Origin: an uncultured cyanobacterium
Lineage (GTDB): Bacteria > Cyanobacteriota > Cyanobacteriia > Cyanobacteriales > CAWCAG01
Length of the DNA stretch: 64,000 nt
Direction of reading: 5' to 3'
Assembly: GCA_963793425.1 (NCBI GenBank)
Contig: CAWCAG010000005.1
Span: 224,001-288,000 of the forward strand
Position numbers and translations under genes: made by a program. Positions within the stretch are counted from its first letter, which is position 1; every line of letters begins with the position of its first letter. Below are positions 30,660 through 41,984 of this stretch, piece by piece. The notes beneath the pieces are model-generated. The model was given only the letters and a program-made list of their open reading frames with translations, was not told where the DNA came from and did not search any database.

Positions 30660-33600
30660 ATGGCACACCTCAACTCTTTGTTAACCGCTATATCAAGAAA
30701 AACTCCCCTACGAACAGTTTTAATTGTTCCCTTTGTGGTACAAATTTTCGCAGCAGTTGGATTGGTAGGTTATCTTTCCTTCCGTAATGGGCAGCGAGCT
30801 GTTGCTGATTTGGTAAATCAGTTAACCGAAGAAACTAGCGCCCGCATTGAACAGCACGTTGTCAATTATCTCAACAAATCTCAAGATACCTTGTGGCTCA
30901 ATCAGGGCGCGGTTCAAAGTGGTAACTTAGACCTCAATGATTTTGATAAATTACGGCGTTATTTCTGGCAAGTAGTTCATGAAGGGGACTATGAGGGATA
31001 TCTTTCTTATGGTAACGAACAAGGAGAATTTGTTGGTGTTGAGTATCGCGAAGATGCCACGGTTCAGCTTAAAATCAGAACTAGTACCATTACTCCCCAG
31101 CGAGAAACCTATTTATTAGATGAGGAGGGAGAGCCTCAAGAGCTATTAGAAGCTTCTGAATATGACCCCCGTACTCGCCCCTGGTACAATGCCGCTAAGG
31201 AGGAAGGAGAGGCTACATGGAGTGAAATTTATCCCTTCTTTTCTAGCAAAAATACCATCCTAGGAATTTCACCTGTCTATCCCCTTTATGATGAGCAGGG
31301 TAAGCTGCTGGGGGTTTTATGTATTAATGTTAGATTAACTCGAATCACAGATTTTATCAATCATTTGTCCATTAGCCCCAATGGACAAAGCTTTATCATG
31401 GAGAGGTCAGGGAATTTAGTTGCCGGTTCAGAAATCCCCCAACCCTTCAAAATAATCGGTGACGAGGAAGATAAAGAAATTGAGAGAATTTCAGCCGCCC
31501 AAAGTGACAACGCTGTTGTTAAGGCGACTGCCCAACATCTACTTGAACGCTTTGGTGGCTTCCAGGATATTCAGAAAAGTGAAAAACTCAAATTTCAAGT
31601 GGACGGAGCCTGGTATTATGCTCAGGTGCTACCAATTCAAGATGGGCGTGGCATTGACTGGTTAACCGTTGTAGTTGTGCCAGAGCAAGATTTTATGGAG
31701 GAAATCAATAAAAATGCCCGTACAACCATCTTCTTATGTTTAGCAGCTTTAGTTATAGCAACTCTAATTGGCATTGCTACCTCTCGCTGGGTTATTGGGC
31801 CTATTTTACGTCTCAATGCTTCTGCTAAGGCTATTGCTCAAGGAGAGTGGCAGCAAACTCCTGTTAGTAAAAGGTCTGATGAGTTGGGGGAACTAGCTAC
31901 TTCGTTTAATAGTATGGCCCAACAACTGCAAACTTCCTTTGCTACCTTAGAAAGCAAAAACCAAGCATTACAAAAATTCGACAAACTCAAAGACGAATTT
32001 CTTGCCAACACTTCCCATGAACTTCGCACTCCCCTTAATGGTATGATTGGCATTGCAGAATCTATGATTGATGGTGCAACCGGAAAAATGTCTCCTCTAC
32101 AAAGGCAAAATTTAGCACTGGTTGCTCAAAGTGGACATCGTTTGTCTAGCTTAATTAATGATATCCTCGACTTTGCTAAACTGAGGCACAAAAACATTGA
32201 ACTACAACTAAAACCAGTAGGACTAAGGGCCGTTGTTGAAGTTGTCTTAAGCCTCAATAAAACCTTGGTTAGGGGTAGAAACGTGCAACTTATCAACGCT
32301 GTACCCAGAGATTTACCGGCTGTAGAAGCTGATGAAAATCGCCTGCAACAAATTCTCCACAACCTGATTGGCAATGCCATTAAGTTTACCGAACAAGGTT
32401 CTATAGAAGTCCATGCTGAACTCATGAATGAGCAGCAAAGTATTGCTGTTACTATCTCTGATACAGGTATTGGCATCCCGGCTGACAAACTAGACAGCAT
32501 CTTTACCTCATTTGAACAGGCTGATGGTTCCACTGCTAGGGAATATGGCGGTACAGGCTTAGGTTTGGCAGTGACGAAAAAGCTAGTAGAGTTGCACAAG
32601 GGGCAAATTTGGGTCAAGTCTGCTGTAGGAGAAGGTTCTGAGTTTAGCTTCACTTTACCTGTATCCTCTGTGGCTGCTTCAGCTTTTAGCCTTGAATCTT
32701 CCTTAGCTAATCGCTCTGTCCCCAAGCTGCTAAGCTCAGAGGAAATAGAAGTAGACAGCAGCCCACAAGCCCCTAACTCCGAAGGTTTTAAAATTCTGAT
32801 TGTGGATGACGAACCTGTTAATCTTCAAGTCCTTGTTAACCACCTATGCTTAGAAAACTATGTGATTACTCAAGCTGCAAATGGTAAGGAGGCCCTTGCC
32901 GTGTTGGAAAATGGCCTGCGCCCTAATGTGATTTTGCTTGATGTCATGATGCCAAAAATGACAGGCTATGAAGTTTGCAAAAAAATTCGCAAAAAGTTTC
33001 CTGCCCATGAACTACCGATTTTGATGTTAACAGCCAAAAATCAGGTTAATGATTTGGTCGAAGGTTTGCAAGTAGGAGCTAATGATTATCTTACCAAACC
33101 GATTAATAAAAATGAATTATTAGCCCGTTTGAAAACTCATTTAAAATTGGCTAATATTAGTATGGCTTACGGTCGCTTTGTCCCCCATCAATTTCTCGAA
33201 TTCTTGAATAAAGAAAGTATTGTTGATGTTGAATTAGGGGATGAAGTAGAAAAAAAGATGTCTATTCTTTTTTCTGATATTCGTGACTTTACCAGCATTT
33301 CTGAAAAGATGAACCCGAAAGATAATTTTAAATTTATCAACGGTTTCTTTTCCCGTATGGAACCAGCAATTGTTGATAATAATGGCTTTGTTGATAAATA
33401 TATTGGCGATGCAATTATGGCTTTATTTAGTGGTTGTGCTGACGATGCCATTAAAGCTGGCATTGCCATGTTACAAAGTCTTAGTGAATACAATTTAACT
33501 AGGCAAAGACCAGGTAGACAGCCTTTAAGAATCGGTATTGGCATCAATACAGGCAACTTGATGTTAGGGACTGTAGGGGGAAAAAGTCGGATGGATGGGA

Positions 33601-33983
33601 CAGTAATTAGCGATGCTGTTAATTTAGCTTCTCGTGTTGAAAGTATTACTAAAGATTATGAGGTTGCTTTATTAATTACCCAAGCAACCTTTGCTGATTT
33701 AAAAAATTCTGATGATTATGCTATCCGGATTATTGCCCAAGTTCAAGTTAAAGGTAAATCCCAAACCACCCTAGTTTACGAAGTTTTTGATGCCGATCCT
33801 CCAGAAATCAAAGCTCATAAATTAGCAACTAAAGAATTATTTGAAGAAGCGCGATCCCTCTATGAAAAAAATCTTTGGGGTGAAGCTACAGAAAGATTTA
33901 CCCGCTGTCTGCAACAAAATCCAAGGGATAGAGTAGCACAAATTTATTTAGAACGTTGTGAGCAACAAACCTGTGTTAGTTAG
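30660..33983 (+). CDS. Hybrid sensor: TM-Cache-TM-HAMP-HisKA-HATPase-REC-adenylate cyclase
   Basis: YDPRTRPWY (Cache), DELGELA (HAMP), SHELRTPLN, NAIKFT, GGTGLGL, LLDVMMP, DKYIGD, DAVNLASR. Confidence 0.9.
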   Translation: MAHLNSLLTAISRKTPLRTVLIVPFVVQIFAAVGLVGYLSFRNGQRAVADLVNQLTEETSARIEQHVVNYLNKSQDTLWLNQGAVQSGNLDLNDFDKLRRYFWQVVHEGDYEGYLSYGNEQGEFVGVEYREDATVQLKIRTSTITPQRETYLLDEEGEPQELLEASEYDPRTRPWYNAAKEEGEATWSEIYPFFSSKNTILGISPVYPLYDEQGKLLGVLCINVRLTRITDFINHLSISPNGQSFIMERSGNLVAGSEIPQPFKIIGDEEDKEIERISAAQSDNAVVKATAQHLLERFGGFQDIQKSEKLKFQVDGAWYYAQVLPIQDGRGIDWLTVVVVPEQDFMEEINKNARTTIFLCLAALVIATLIGIATSRWVIGPILRLNASAKAIAQGEWQQTPVSKRSDELGELATSFNSMAQQLQTSFATLESKNQALQKFDKLKDEFLANTSHELRTPLNGMIGIAESMIDGATGKMSPLQRQNLALVAQSGHRLSSLINDILDFAKLRHKNIELQLKPVGLRAVVEVVLSLNKTLVRGRNVQLINAVPRDLPAVEADENRLQQILHNLIGNAIKFTEQGSIEVHAELMNEQQSIAVTISDTGIGIPADKLDSIFTSFEQADGSTAREYGGTGLGLAVTKKLVELHKGQIWVKSAVGEGSEFSFTLPVSSVAASAFSLESSLANRSVPKLLSSEEIEVDSSPQAPNSEGFKILIVDDEPVNLQVLVNHLCLENYVITQAANGKEALAVLENGLRPNVILLDVMMPKMTGYEVCKKIRKKFPAHELPILMLTAKNQVNDLVEGLQVGANDYLTKPINKNELLARLKTHLKLANISMAYGRFVPHQFLEFLNKESIVDVELGDEVEKKMSILFSDIRDFTSISEKMNPKDNFKFINGFFSRMEPAIVDNNGFVDKYIGDAIMALFSGCADDAIKAGIAMLQSLSEYNLTRQRPGRQPLRIGIGINTGNLMLGTVGGKSRMDGTVISDAVNLASRVESITKDYEVALLITQATFADLKNSDDYAIRIIAQVQVKGKSQTTLVYEVFDADPPEIKAHKLATKELFEEARSLYEKNLWGEATERFTRCLQQNPRDRVAQIYLERCEQQTCVS

Positions 33984-34135
33984 TACTGATCATCAATGCT
34001 TTAGCCCCTGGCAATCCACAATGTCAGACAATTGATCATTTCTCATTACTTTCAGGAAAAAGGAAGTTCAATCTCAAACTTTGTACAATACTTATAGCAT
34101 TAAGTTTTAAGACCTGAGCAAAACATAAAATAGTG

Positions 34136-36196
34136 ATGACAGAAAATCCTTTATTAATCGGTTCCGGACTACCAGCTTTTGAGAAAATTACCCCAGAACA
34201 AGTAGTTCCGGCGGTAACTCAACTTTTAACAGAATTAGAAACAGAACTTACTAGCTTAGAAGCGAAAGTTACTCCCACTTGGTATGGTTTAGTAGAACCC
34301 CTTAATCGTATCGAAGAACGTTTGCGTTGGACTTGGGGTATTGTTGGGCATTTAATGGGAGTGAAAAATAGCCCCCAGTTACGGGAAGCGCAAGAAAAAG
34401 TTCAGCCGGAAGTGGTGAAGTTTATTAGTCGGTTGAATCAAAGCAAACCTATCTATGAGGCTTTTAAAGCCCTGGGAAAAGGAAAAGACTTTGAATCATC
34501 TCTCCAACCAGCCCAAAAGCGTATTGTGGAAGCTGCTATCAAAGATGCAGAGCTGGCTGGAGTTGGCTTAGAAGGAGAAAAGCGTGATCGCTTCAACGAA
34601 ATTCAACTTGAACTTGCAGAGTTGGGAACTAAGTTTTCTAATCATGTTTTAGACGCGACTAAAGCCTTTAGCCTGACCCTAACTACCCCGGAAGAAGTGG
34701 CCGGTTTGCCAGCAAGTTTGTTGAGTTTAGCAGCCCAAGCTGCAACGGAAGCAGGAGAAGCAGCAGCTACAGCAGAAAAAGGCCCTTGGCGCATTACTTT
34801 AGATTATCCTAGTTATGTTCCTTTCCTCAAATATAGTCAGCGCGAAGACTTACGAGAGAAAGTCTATAAAGCTTTTATTAGTCGTGCTTCCCAAGGAGAA
34901 TTAGATAATAATCCCTTAATTCAACGTATCTTGGAGTTGCGGCAAGACAAAGCCAATTTATTAGGATTTTCTAGCTATGCTCAATTGAGTTTAGCTAAGA
35001 AAATGGCTCCTGATGTCGCAGCAGTAGAAAAACTCTTAGAAGAATTGCGCCAGGTTAGTTATGAAGCAGCCCAGCAAGAATTTGCTGAATTAAAAACCTA
35101 TGCGGGTAAAGAAGACTTGCACCATTGGGATATTGGTTATTGGGCAGAAAAACAACGGGAAGAAAAATTTGCTTTCAATGAAGAAGAATTACGGCCCTAC
35201 TTCCCCTTAGCCCAAGTATTAGAAGGTTTATTTAACTTAAGTAAGCAGCTTTTTGGTATCACCATCACCCCCGCAGATGGGCAAGCCCCTGTATGGCAGG
35301 AAAATGTACGTTATTTTCAAATCGCTGATGAAACCGGAGAAGCGATCGCCAGCTTTTACCTCGATCCTTACAGTCGCCCCAGTGAAAAGCGTGGTGGGGC
35401 TTGGATGGATGAATGTCTAATTCGTGCCAAATTAAAAGAGGGAGTACGCTTACCCGTCGCTTACCTAGTTTGTAACCAAACTCCTCCGGTGGGGGATAAA
35501 CCTAGTTTAATGACCTTCAATGAAGTAGAAACCCTCTTCCATGAATTTGGTCATGGTTTGCAACATATGCTTACCAAAGTAGACTATCCGGGAGCCGCTG
35601 GGATTAATAATGTGGAATGGGATGCGGTGGAATTGCCCAGCCAATTTATGGAAAACTGGTGTTATCATCGCCCCACCCTTTTTGGGATGGCGAAGCATTA
35701 CGAAACAGGAGAAACTCTACCAGAACATTATTACGAAAAACTCAAAGCCGCCAAAAATTATCGCAGTGGTACAGCCATGTTACGCCAACTCCACTTTAGT
35801 CTGTTGGATTTAGAATTGCATCACCGCTATGAACCTCAAAGTCAAGAAACTCCCCAAGATATCAGAAACCACTTAGCCCAAACTACCACCGTCTTACCTC
35901 CCTTACCAGAAGACTCTTTCCTTTGTGCCTTCGGTCACATCTTTGCTGGTGGTTATGCTGCTGGGTACTATAGCTATAAATGGGCAGAAGTTCTCAGTGC
36001 CGATGCTTTCGCAGCTTTTGAGGAAGCTGGGCTGAGTGATGAAAGTGGAATCGCTTCTATGGGTAAACGTTTTCGAGACACAGTTTTGGCATTGGGTGGT
36101 AGCGTTCATCCTTTAGAAGTCTTTCAAGCTTTTCGAGGGCGAGAACCCCAGACTCAACCTTTATTAAGACATAGTGGGTTAGTTATTGCCAACTAG
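34136..36196 (+). CDS. prlC: Oligopeptidase A (M3)
   Basis: NPLL start, KRGGAWM, LFHEFGHGLQH, GYYSYKWAEVLSAD. Confidence 0.93.
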   Translation: MTENPLLIGSGLPAFEKITPEQVVPAVTQLLTELETELTSLEAKVTPTWYGLVEPLNRIEERLRWTWGIVGHLMGVKNSPQLREAQEKVQPEVVKFISRLNQSKPIYEAFKALGKGKDFESSLQPAQKRIVEAAIKDAELAGVGLEGEKRDRFNEIQLELAELGTKFSNHVLDATKAFSLTLTTPEEVAGLPASLLSLAAQAATEAGEAAATAEKGPWRITLDYPSYVPFLKYSQREDLREKVYKAFISRASQGELDNNPLIQRILELRQDKANLLGFSSYAQLSLAKKMAPDVAAVEKLLEELRQVSYEAAQQEFAELKTYAGKEDLHHWDIGYWAEKQREEKFAFNEEELRPYFPLAQVLEGLFNLSKQLFGITITPADGQAPVWQENVRYFQIADETGEAIASFYLDPYSRPSEKRGGAWMDECLIRAKLKEGVRLPVAYLVCNQTPPVGDKPSLMTFNEVETLFHEFGHGLQHMLTKVDYPGAAGINNVEWDAVELPSQFMENWCYHRPTLFGMAKHYETGETLPEHYYEKLKAAKNYRSGTAMLRQLHFSLLDLELHHRYEPQSQETPQDIRNHLAQTTTVLPPLPEDSFLCAFGHIFAGGYAAGYYSYKWAEVLSADAFAAFEEAGLSDESGIASMGKRFRDTVLALGGSVHPLEVFQAFRGREPQTQPLLRHSGLVIAN

Positions 36197-36417
36197 TTGT
36201 TTATACTAGGGTAGAATCAAGTTGGCAAGCTCTTAAGAGTGTATATACTTGAACAGCTATTTGAGGACAAAAGTGCTAAATTTTGGCAATAGCTTTATTA
36301 AATAGCTAAAGTATAACTAACCTAGCTGATGTGACTATCTTTAGTCGCAATAAATGAATTAATTCATTTAGCGGTTAGACTTGCCACTGCTCCTCTTGCT
36401 CCTTTAACTAACTTGTT

Positions 36418-39400
36418 ATGCAGCCGCGCCCTTCTTCCTCCGCCTTGCCTGCATTAGAAGATATCATTGATTATCAAACTTCTGTAGCGCTTTCTACTAC
36501 GTTAGTAGCTGAAGTTCTGCCTACCTTAGTTGGAACCGTTAATCATTGTCTTTTAAATAGTTCTTCTGCTCTAGATTCAAAGACAATAGAACAGACTCAC
36601 AGTAATTACATTATTGTTGAATCAAGGGAACACTTCCTAGGTATTTTAACTGAGCGAGATATTATTCGCCTCATCATTAGTAAGAGAAATTGGCGAAAAG
36701 TAGAAATTAGTGAAGTTGTCAGCCAATCTCCAGTTCCTTTCACCTTAGCTCAGAATTGTGATCTCTTTTCTATCTTGGCAGTATTTAGTAATAGAAAGAT
36801 TCACCATTTGCCAGTAATTAAAGGAGATAGCCAACAGATTGGCATCATCAACCTAGAGAGTCTTTACTCATTGCTCCCACCTGAGTTGATGACAGAAAGT
36901 AAGGTAGAAGAAGCGATGGTAACTCCGGTGGTTAAAACCTCCCCTAGCACTTCTTTGCTTGATGTTGCTCAGTTGATGGGAACTCACCAAGTTAGTTCCG
37001 TAGTTATTGCGACAGAAAAGGAAGGAGAAAGTGCTTTTTACCCTGTGGGGATAATTACTGAACAAGACTTAATCCAGTATCTTTATTTGGGAGTCAGTTT
37101 CTCCACCTTAGAAGCCCAAAAAGTAATGAGAACAACCTCATTTTCTCTCCAGCCCCAGGACTCCCTCCAGAAAGCTTACCAAAAAATGCAGCAGCAAAAA
37201 TCAAAGCATTTGGTAGTGGTTAATCAAGAAGGGGCTTTACAAGGAGTAATTACGCAAATGAGCTTGCTGCGTTCGTTGGATTTGGAACTGCCTGAAGCAC
37301 CTAACTTAGTTGAAGTTAAGCAAAGTCAAATAGAAGAAATAAACCAACGCTTAGAAGAAGAAATAAATCAACGTCAAGCCGCAGAAGCAGCCTTTCGTGA
37401 ACAGCAAATTCGCCTAGAATTAATTAATAGTATTGCCCTGAATGTAACAGCAGATATGTCTTGGGAAGAAATTACTGCCTATACAGTAGAGCAAGTGAGC
37501 AATTATTTTCCCTATCTGCGAGTTGACTATTCTACTATTGACCAGCACAATAAAATAACTATCATTAATTCCGCAGGGCTAAAAGAAATACCCTCTGTAG
37601 TGGGTACTGTAGTTGATCTTTCTGCCGCTCCAAAATACCTGCAAGCTTTAAGAAACAACAAATTAGTTACTATCAATGATGTTAGGGCTAATTCTCCTTT
37701 AGAACCTCTTTTAGAGCAACTCTCAGCCGTAGCAATTAATTCTCTCCTTGATGTTCCTATTTTTCATGGTCAGGGTCTAATCGGTTTATTAAGCTTTTCT
37801 AGCCCCACTAGCCATTTTTGGAGCGAGGGGGAAAAGACAACACTCCATTCTGTGGCAGACTGGCTAGCCTTTGCCCTTAAACAAGCCCACTCTCAACAAG
37901 AAAAACATAAAACAACAACTCAATTAAATTCTACAGCTTCGCGACTCACTGCCTTAATTGAAAATCTCCAAAGCGGAATTTTGGTAGAAGATGAATTCAG
38001 AAAAATTGCCCTGGTCAATGAAAAATTCTGCGAACTATTTGCTATCCAGGCTAATCCTCAAGACCTTATTGGTATAGATTGTAGCAATGCTGCCCAAGAG
38101 AGTAAACACTCATTTGCCCATCCAGAACAGTTTGTTGAACGGGTACAACAAATAATTAACCAACGCCAGGTTGTGGTTAATGAAGAAATAGCCTTTACAG
38201 ATGGTCGAGTAATGGAACGGGACTATATCCCTATTTTCATTGGTGATCGCTTCGGTGGGCATTTGTGGAAATACAAAGATATTAGTGATCGCGTCCGCAA
38301 TCGCTTAGCGCTTCAACAGCAACTGCAACAAGCTGTCTTAATCGAAAAGATCACCACAGAAATTCGCCAAAGTCTAGACTCAGAACATATTTTTCAGACC
38401 ACTGTTAAGCAAATTGGCCAAGCTTTTGGAGTTAGTCGTTGTTTGCTCCATACTTATAAAGCTATTCCTATCCCAGAAGTTCCCATAGTTGCAGAATACT
38501 TAAAAGGAGATTATTACTCTTTAGCTCAAACCAAAATTCCTGTAGCAAATAATGCCCATGCCCAAGCCGTTTTAGCCCAAGATGGAGCTATCACTTCTGA
38601 TGATGTAACTGTAGAGCCTTTACTCCAACCAGTACAGGAACTTTGTCAACAGCTTGAGGTTAAATCCATGTTAGCCATTCGTACCTCCTATCAAGGGGAG
38701 GCTAATGGAATTTTAGCCCTTCATCAGTGCGATCGCCTTCGCAACTGGAGTAACGAAGAAATTAAGCTGCTGGAAACTGTAGCAGCCCAAGTCGGCATTG
38801 CCTTGGCACAAGCCCGTTTATTAGAGCAGGAAAAACGGCAAAGAGAAACCTTAGCAGAACAAAACTTTGCTTTAGAAAGGCTGATTAGTACCGCAGAGCA
38901 AGCAAATCGAGCTAAAAGCGAGTTTCTAGCGATGATGAGCCACGAAATTCGCACCCCCATGAATGCGGTTATTGGCATGACGGATCTTCTGCTTGATACA
39001 GACTTAACTTACCAGCAAAGGGACTTTAGCCAAACTATCCGTAGTAGTGGCGAAGCTTTACTAGGCATCATTAATGATATTCTTGACTTTTCTAAGATTG
39101 AAGCAGGGAAACTTGACTTAGAAGAAGAGCCTTTTAACTTAAGAACCTGTATTGAGGAATCTTTAGATATCGTTGCTCCTAAAGCAGCAAAAAAAGACCT
39201 TGAACTGGCTTACCTAATCGATAAAGGTACACCAGAAAACATTATTGGCGATATTACCCGCACTCGACAAATTTTTGTCAACCTATTAGGCAATGCTGTC
39301 AAATTTACAGAAAAAGGTGAAGTAACTATTTCTGTCATTGTTAGGCGGTTGGATACAGGAGTTAATAGTGCCGTTGCTAATTTAGACGAAGACTTGAGCG

Positions 39401-40896
39401 CCAATAAATATGCGATTCGCTTTGAAGTTAGAGATACAGGTATTGGCATCGCCGCAGATCGTTTAGGCAGTTTGTTCAAACCTTTTAGTCAAATTAGTTC
39501 TTCGATTAGCCGTCACTATGGAGGAACAGGACTAGGGCTAGCTATTTCTCAACGTTTATGTGAGATGATGGGGGGCAGGATTTGGGCTGATAGCGATGTC
39601 GGTAGGGGTTCTACCTTTTATTTTTCCATCGTTACTGAGTCAGTAGATGAGCAAACTTCCACCTCACAAGAAAGCTCTTTACTAGCTCAAAAATGCCTCT
39701 TAATTGTTGAACCTCACCAAATCAATCGAGACAACCTCACTATCCAAGCTCAATCTTGGCAAATGGATACCATTGCTGTTGCCTCTCCAGAAGCAGCTTT
39801 AGAGCTATTGAAGCAAAAAAAAGTTGATGCGGCCGTATTTGACCGACAAATGCCAGGAGTTACCCAGCCAACTTTAGCCGAATCAATTCATCAACAACCC
39901 AACTATCGAGAGTTACCCTTAATTTTATTAGGGAATATTGGGCAACAAGAAACTGCTCAGCTTCAGGTTAATTCTCAAGCCATTTTTTCTGTAATTAAGC
40001 CTGTTAAAAAGTCCCAGCTATACTACAGCTTAATTGAAGCTTTTCGTGGTAAACCTCCTGTGGTGAAGAAAAACCCCAAACACTCTTTATATCTTGATGC
40101 CGAAATGGCCAGAAAGCATCCTCTAAATATCTTGGTTGCCGAGGATCACTCAGTTAACCAAAAAATGGCTCTATTAATTTTACAAAGATTGGGTTATCAA
40201 GGGGATCTTGCTAATAATGGACTTAAGGCCCTTGAAGCAGTCGCCAAGAAGAACTATGATGTCATACTCATGGATGTACAAATGCCAGAGATGGATGGTT
40301 TAGAAGCTACTACTCGCATTCGCCGAGAACTACCAGAAGCCCAAAGACCAAGAATTATTGCCTTAACAGCAAGTGCAATGCAAGGAGATCAAGAAGAATG
40401 CTTAGCTGCTGGTATGGATGATTATATCAGTAAGCCCATTAGGATTGAAGAATTGGTTAAAGCATTATATAAATGTCAGTCTTTTGAAGAAAATCCAGTA
40501 ACATTACCTGAATTAAGCAATCCTGAACCAGAATCTGAATCTTCAGTAATTAATGCTGAGGCTTTAGAAGAAATTAAAGACATGGCAGGAGAAGATGCTG
40601 CTGAGTTTTTAGTGGAGATGATTGATTGTTATTTGGGGGAATCTCCGGAACTGATGGCAGCTATTGAACAAGCTATTTCTGATGATAATGCCAACGCTTT
40701 ACGCAACTCCGCTCACTCTTTTAAATCTAACAGTGCTACATTAGGAGCTACAAAATTAACTCAACTGTGTAAAGAGCTAGAATTGATGGGTAAAGCTGGT
40801 ACAACTGCTGGAGGCGCAGATAAATTAAGTCAATTACAAATTGAGTACGAAAAAGCTAAGCTCGCTTTAGAAGAGGAACGGCAGAGATATTTATGA
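36418..40896 (+). CDS. Hybrid histidine kinase CBS-CBS-GAF-PAS-GAF-HisKA-HATPase-REC-REC-Hpt
   Basis: GILTERD/GIITEQD (CBS), LHQCDR..W (GAF), [36 protein letters not shown] (Hpt). Confidence 0.9.
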   Translation: MQPRPSSSALPALEDIIDYQTSVALSTTLVAEVLPTLVGTVNHCLLNSSSALDSKTIEQTHSNYIIVESREHFLGILTERDIIRLIISKRNWRKVEISEVVSQSPVPFTLAQNCDLFSILAVFSNRKIHHLPVIKGDSQQIGIINLESLYSLLPPELMTESKVEEAMVTPVVKTSPSTSLLDVAQLMGTHQVSSVVIATEKEGESAFYPVGIITEQDLIQYLYLGVSFSTLEAQKVMRTTSFSLQPQDSLQKAYQKMQQQKSKHLVVVNQEGALQGVITQMSLLRSLDLELPEAPNLVEVKQSQIEEINQRLEEEINQRQAAEAAFREQQIRLELINSIALNVTADMSWEEITAYTVEQVSNYFPYLRVDYSTIDQHNKITIINSAGLKEIPSVVGTVVDLSAAPKYLQALRNNKLVTINDVRANSPLEPLLEQLSAVAINSLLDVPIFHGQGLIGLLSFSSPTSHFWSEGEKTTLHSVADWLAFALKQAHSQQEKHKTTTQLNSTASRLTALIENLQSGILVEDEFRKIALVNEKFCELFAIQANPQDLIGIDCSNAAQESKHSFAHPEQFVERVQQIINQRQVVVNEEIAFTDGRVMERDYIPIFIGDRFGGHLWKYKDISDRVRNRLALQQQLQQAVLIEKITTEIRQSLDSEHIFQTTVKQIGQAFGVSRCLLHTYKAIPIPEVPIVAEYLKGDYYSLAQTKIPVANNAHAQAVLAQDGAITSDDVTVEPLLQPVQELCQQLEVKSMLAIRTSYQGEANGILALHQCDRLRNWSNEEIKLLETVAAQVGIALAQARLLEQEKRQRETLAEQNFALERLISTAEQANRAKSEFLAMMSHEIRTPMNAVIGMTDLLLDTDLTYQQRDFSQTIRSSGEALLGIINDILDFSKIEAGKLDLEEEPFNLRTCIEESLDIVAPKAAKKDLELAYLIDKGTPENIIGDITRTRQIFVNLLGNAVKFTEKGEVTISVIVRRLDTGVNSAVANLDEDLSANKYAIRFEVRDTGIGIAADRLGSLFKPFSQISSSISRHYGGTGLGLAISQRLCEMMGGRIWADSDVGRGSTFYFSIVTESVDEQTSTSQESSLLAQKCLLIVEPHQINRDNLTIQAQSWQMDTIAVASPEAALELLKQKKVDAAVFDRQMPGVTQPTLAESIHQQPNYRELPLILLGNIGQQETAQLQVNSQAIFSVIKPVKKSQLYYSLIEAFRGKPPVVKKNPKHSLYLDAEMARKHPLNILVAEDHSVNQKMALLILQRLGYQGDLANNGLKALEAVAKKNYDVILMDVQMPEMDGLEATTRIRRELPEAQRPRIIALTASAMQGDQEECLAAGMDDYISKPIRIEELVKALYKCQSFEENPVTLPELSNPEPESESSVINAEALEEIKDMAGEDAAEFLVEMIDCYLGESPELMAAIEQAISDDNANALRNSAHSFKSNSATLGATKLTQLCKELELMGKAGTTAGGADKLSQLQIEYEKAKLALEEERQRYL

Positions 40897-40961
40897 TCAG
40901 TAGATACTTCTGGTGTTCCCGAATCCCTACGCCCTATCCTTGAAAGCTAAATTTTCTACCC

Positions 40962-41957
40962 GTGACAAGTATAACTAGCCAAAGTCAGAAGCAACCGCTC
41001 ATTATGGTTGTAGATGATGAAAAATTAATTAGGATGCAACTACGACAAGCTATTCACAAGGAAGGTTATCAGGTTGTTGAAGCTCATAATGGGCAGCAAT
41101 GTCTTACTATGTACGAGGAACTACATCCGGATCTGATTCTTTTAGATGCGATGATGCCGGTTATGGATGGTTTCACCTGCTGTCAAGAATTACAACAAGT
41201 TAGCAAAGGTTCCCGAACACCAGTTCTGATTATTACCGGATTAGAAGATCAAGAATCTGTGGATCGTGCTTTTGAAGCGGGGGCTACAGATTTTATTACT
41301 AAACCTGTACGTTGGGCTGTACTACGCCAAAGAATTCGACGCTTGATTAATCAGGCTTATCTTTATCAACAATTAGAAGAAACTAACTATGCTTTAGAAC
41401 GCTTGGCTTCTTTAGATGGTTTAACTCAAATTGCTAACCGTCGCCGTTTTGATGAGTTTATTAAAATCGAGTGGCAGAGAATGATGCGGGAACAAAAACC
41501 CCTTTCTGTAATTCTGGGCGACCTAGATTTTTTCAAAGCTTATAATGATCTTTATGGTCACCAAGCCGGAGATCATTGTTTACGACAAGTGGCTCTGGCT
41601 TTAAAAGACTCTGCTCAACGTTCTTCAGATTTAGTAGCCCGTTATGGTGGAGAAGAGTTTGCTGTTGTTTTACCGAATACTGATGGGCAGAATGCCGTTA
41701 AGGTAGCAGAAAAAATCTGTAGGAAAGTAGAGCAGCTAAAAATTCAACACCAAGGCTCTTCAATTGCTTCTTTTGTTACCATGAGTTTAGGAGTTGCTAC
41801 AACCATTCCCTCTATCAAAGGTAACTGGGAACGAATATTGCGAGATGCTGATCAAGCTCTTTATCAAGCTAAGGATAGAGGTAAAAACAATGTTGTGTTC
41901 CGGACTCCAGCAGAACTATTACCTTTAGCTAATGTAGCCTTTGTTAATGAGCCTTGA
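40962..41957 (+). CDS. REC-GGDEF diguanylate cyclase
   Basis: VVDDE, LLDAMMP; DGLTQIANRRRF; RSSD I-site and GGEEF. Confidence 0.92.
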   Translation: MTSITSQSQKQPLIMVVDDEKLIRMQLRQAIHKEGYQVVEAHNGQQCLTMYEELHPDLILLDAMMPVMDGFTCCQELQQVSKGSRTPVLIITGLEDQESVDRAFEAGATDFITKPVRWAVLRQRIRRLINQAYLYQQLEETNYALERLASLDGLTQIANRRRFDEFIKIEWQRMMREQKPLSVILGDLDFFKAYNDLYGHQAGDHCLRQVALALKDSAQRSSDLVARYGGEEFAVVLPNTDGQNAVKVAEKICRKVEQLKIQHQGSSIASFVTMSLGVATTIPSIKGNWERILRDADQALYQAKDRGKNNVVFRTPAELLPLANVAFVNEP

Positions 41958-41984
41958 GGTCAAAGAATGATTATTTGAGGGCAT

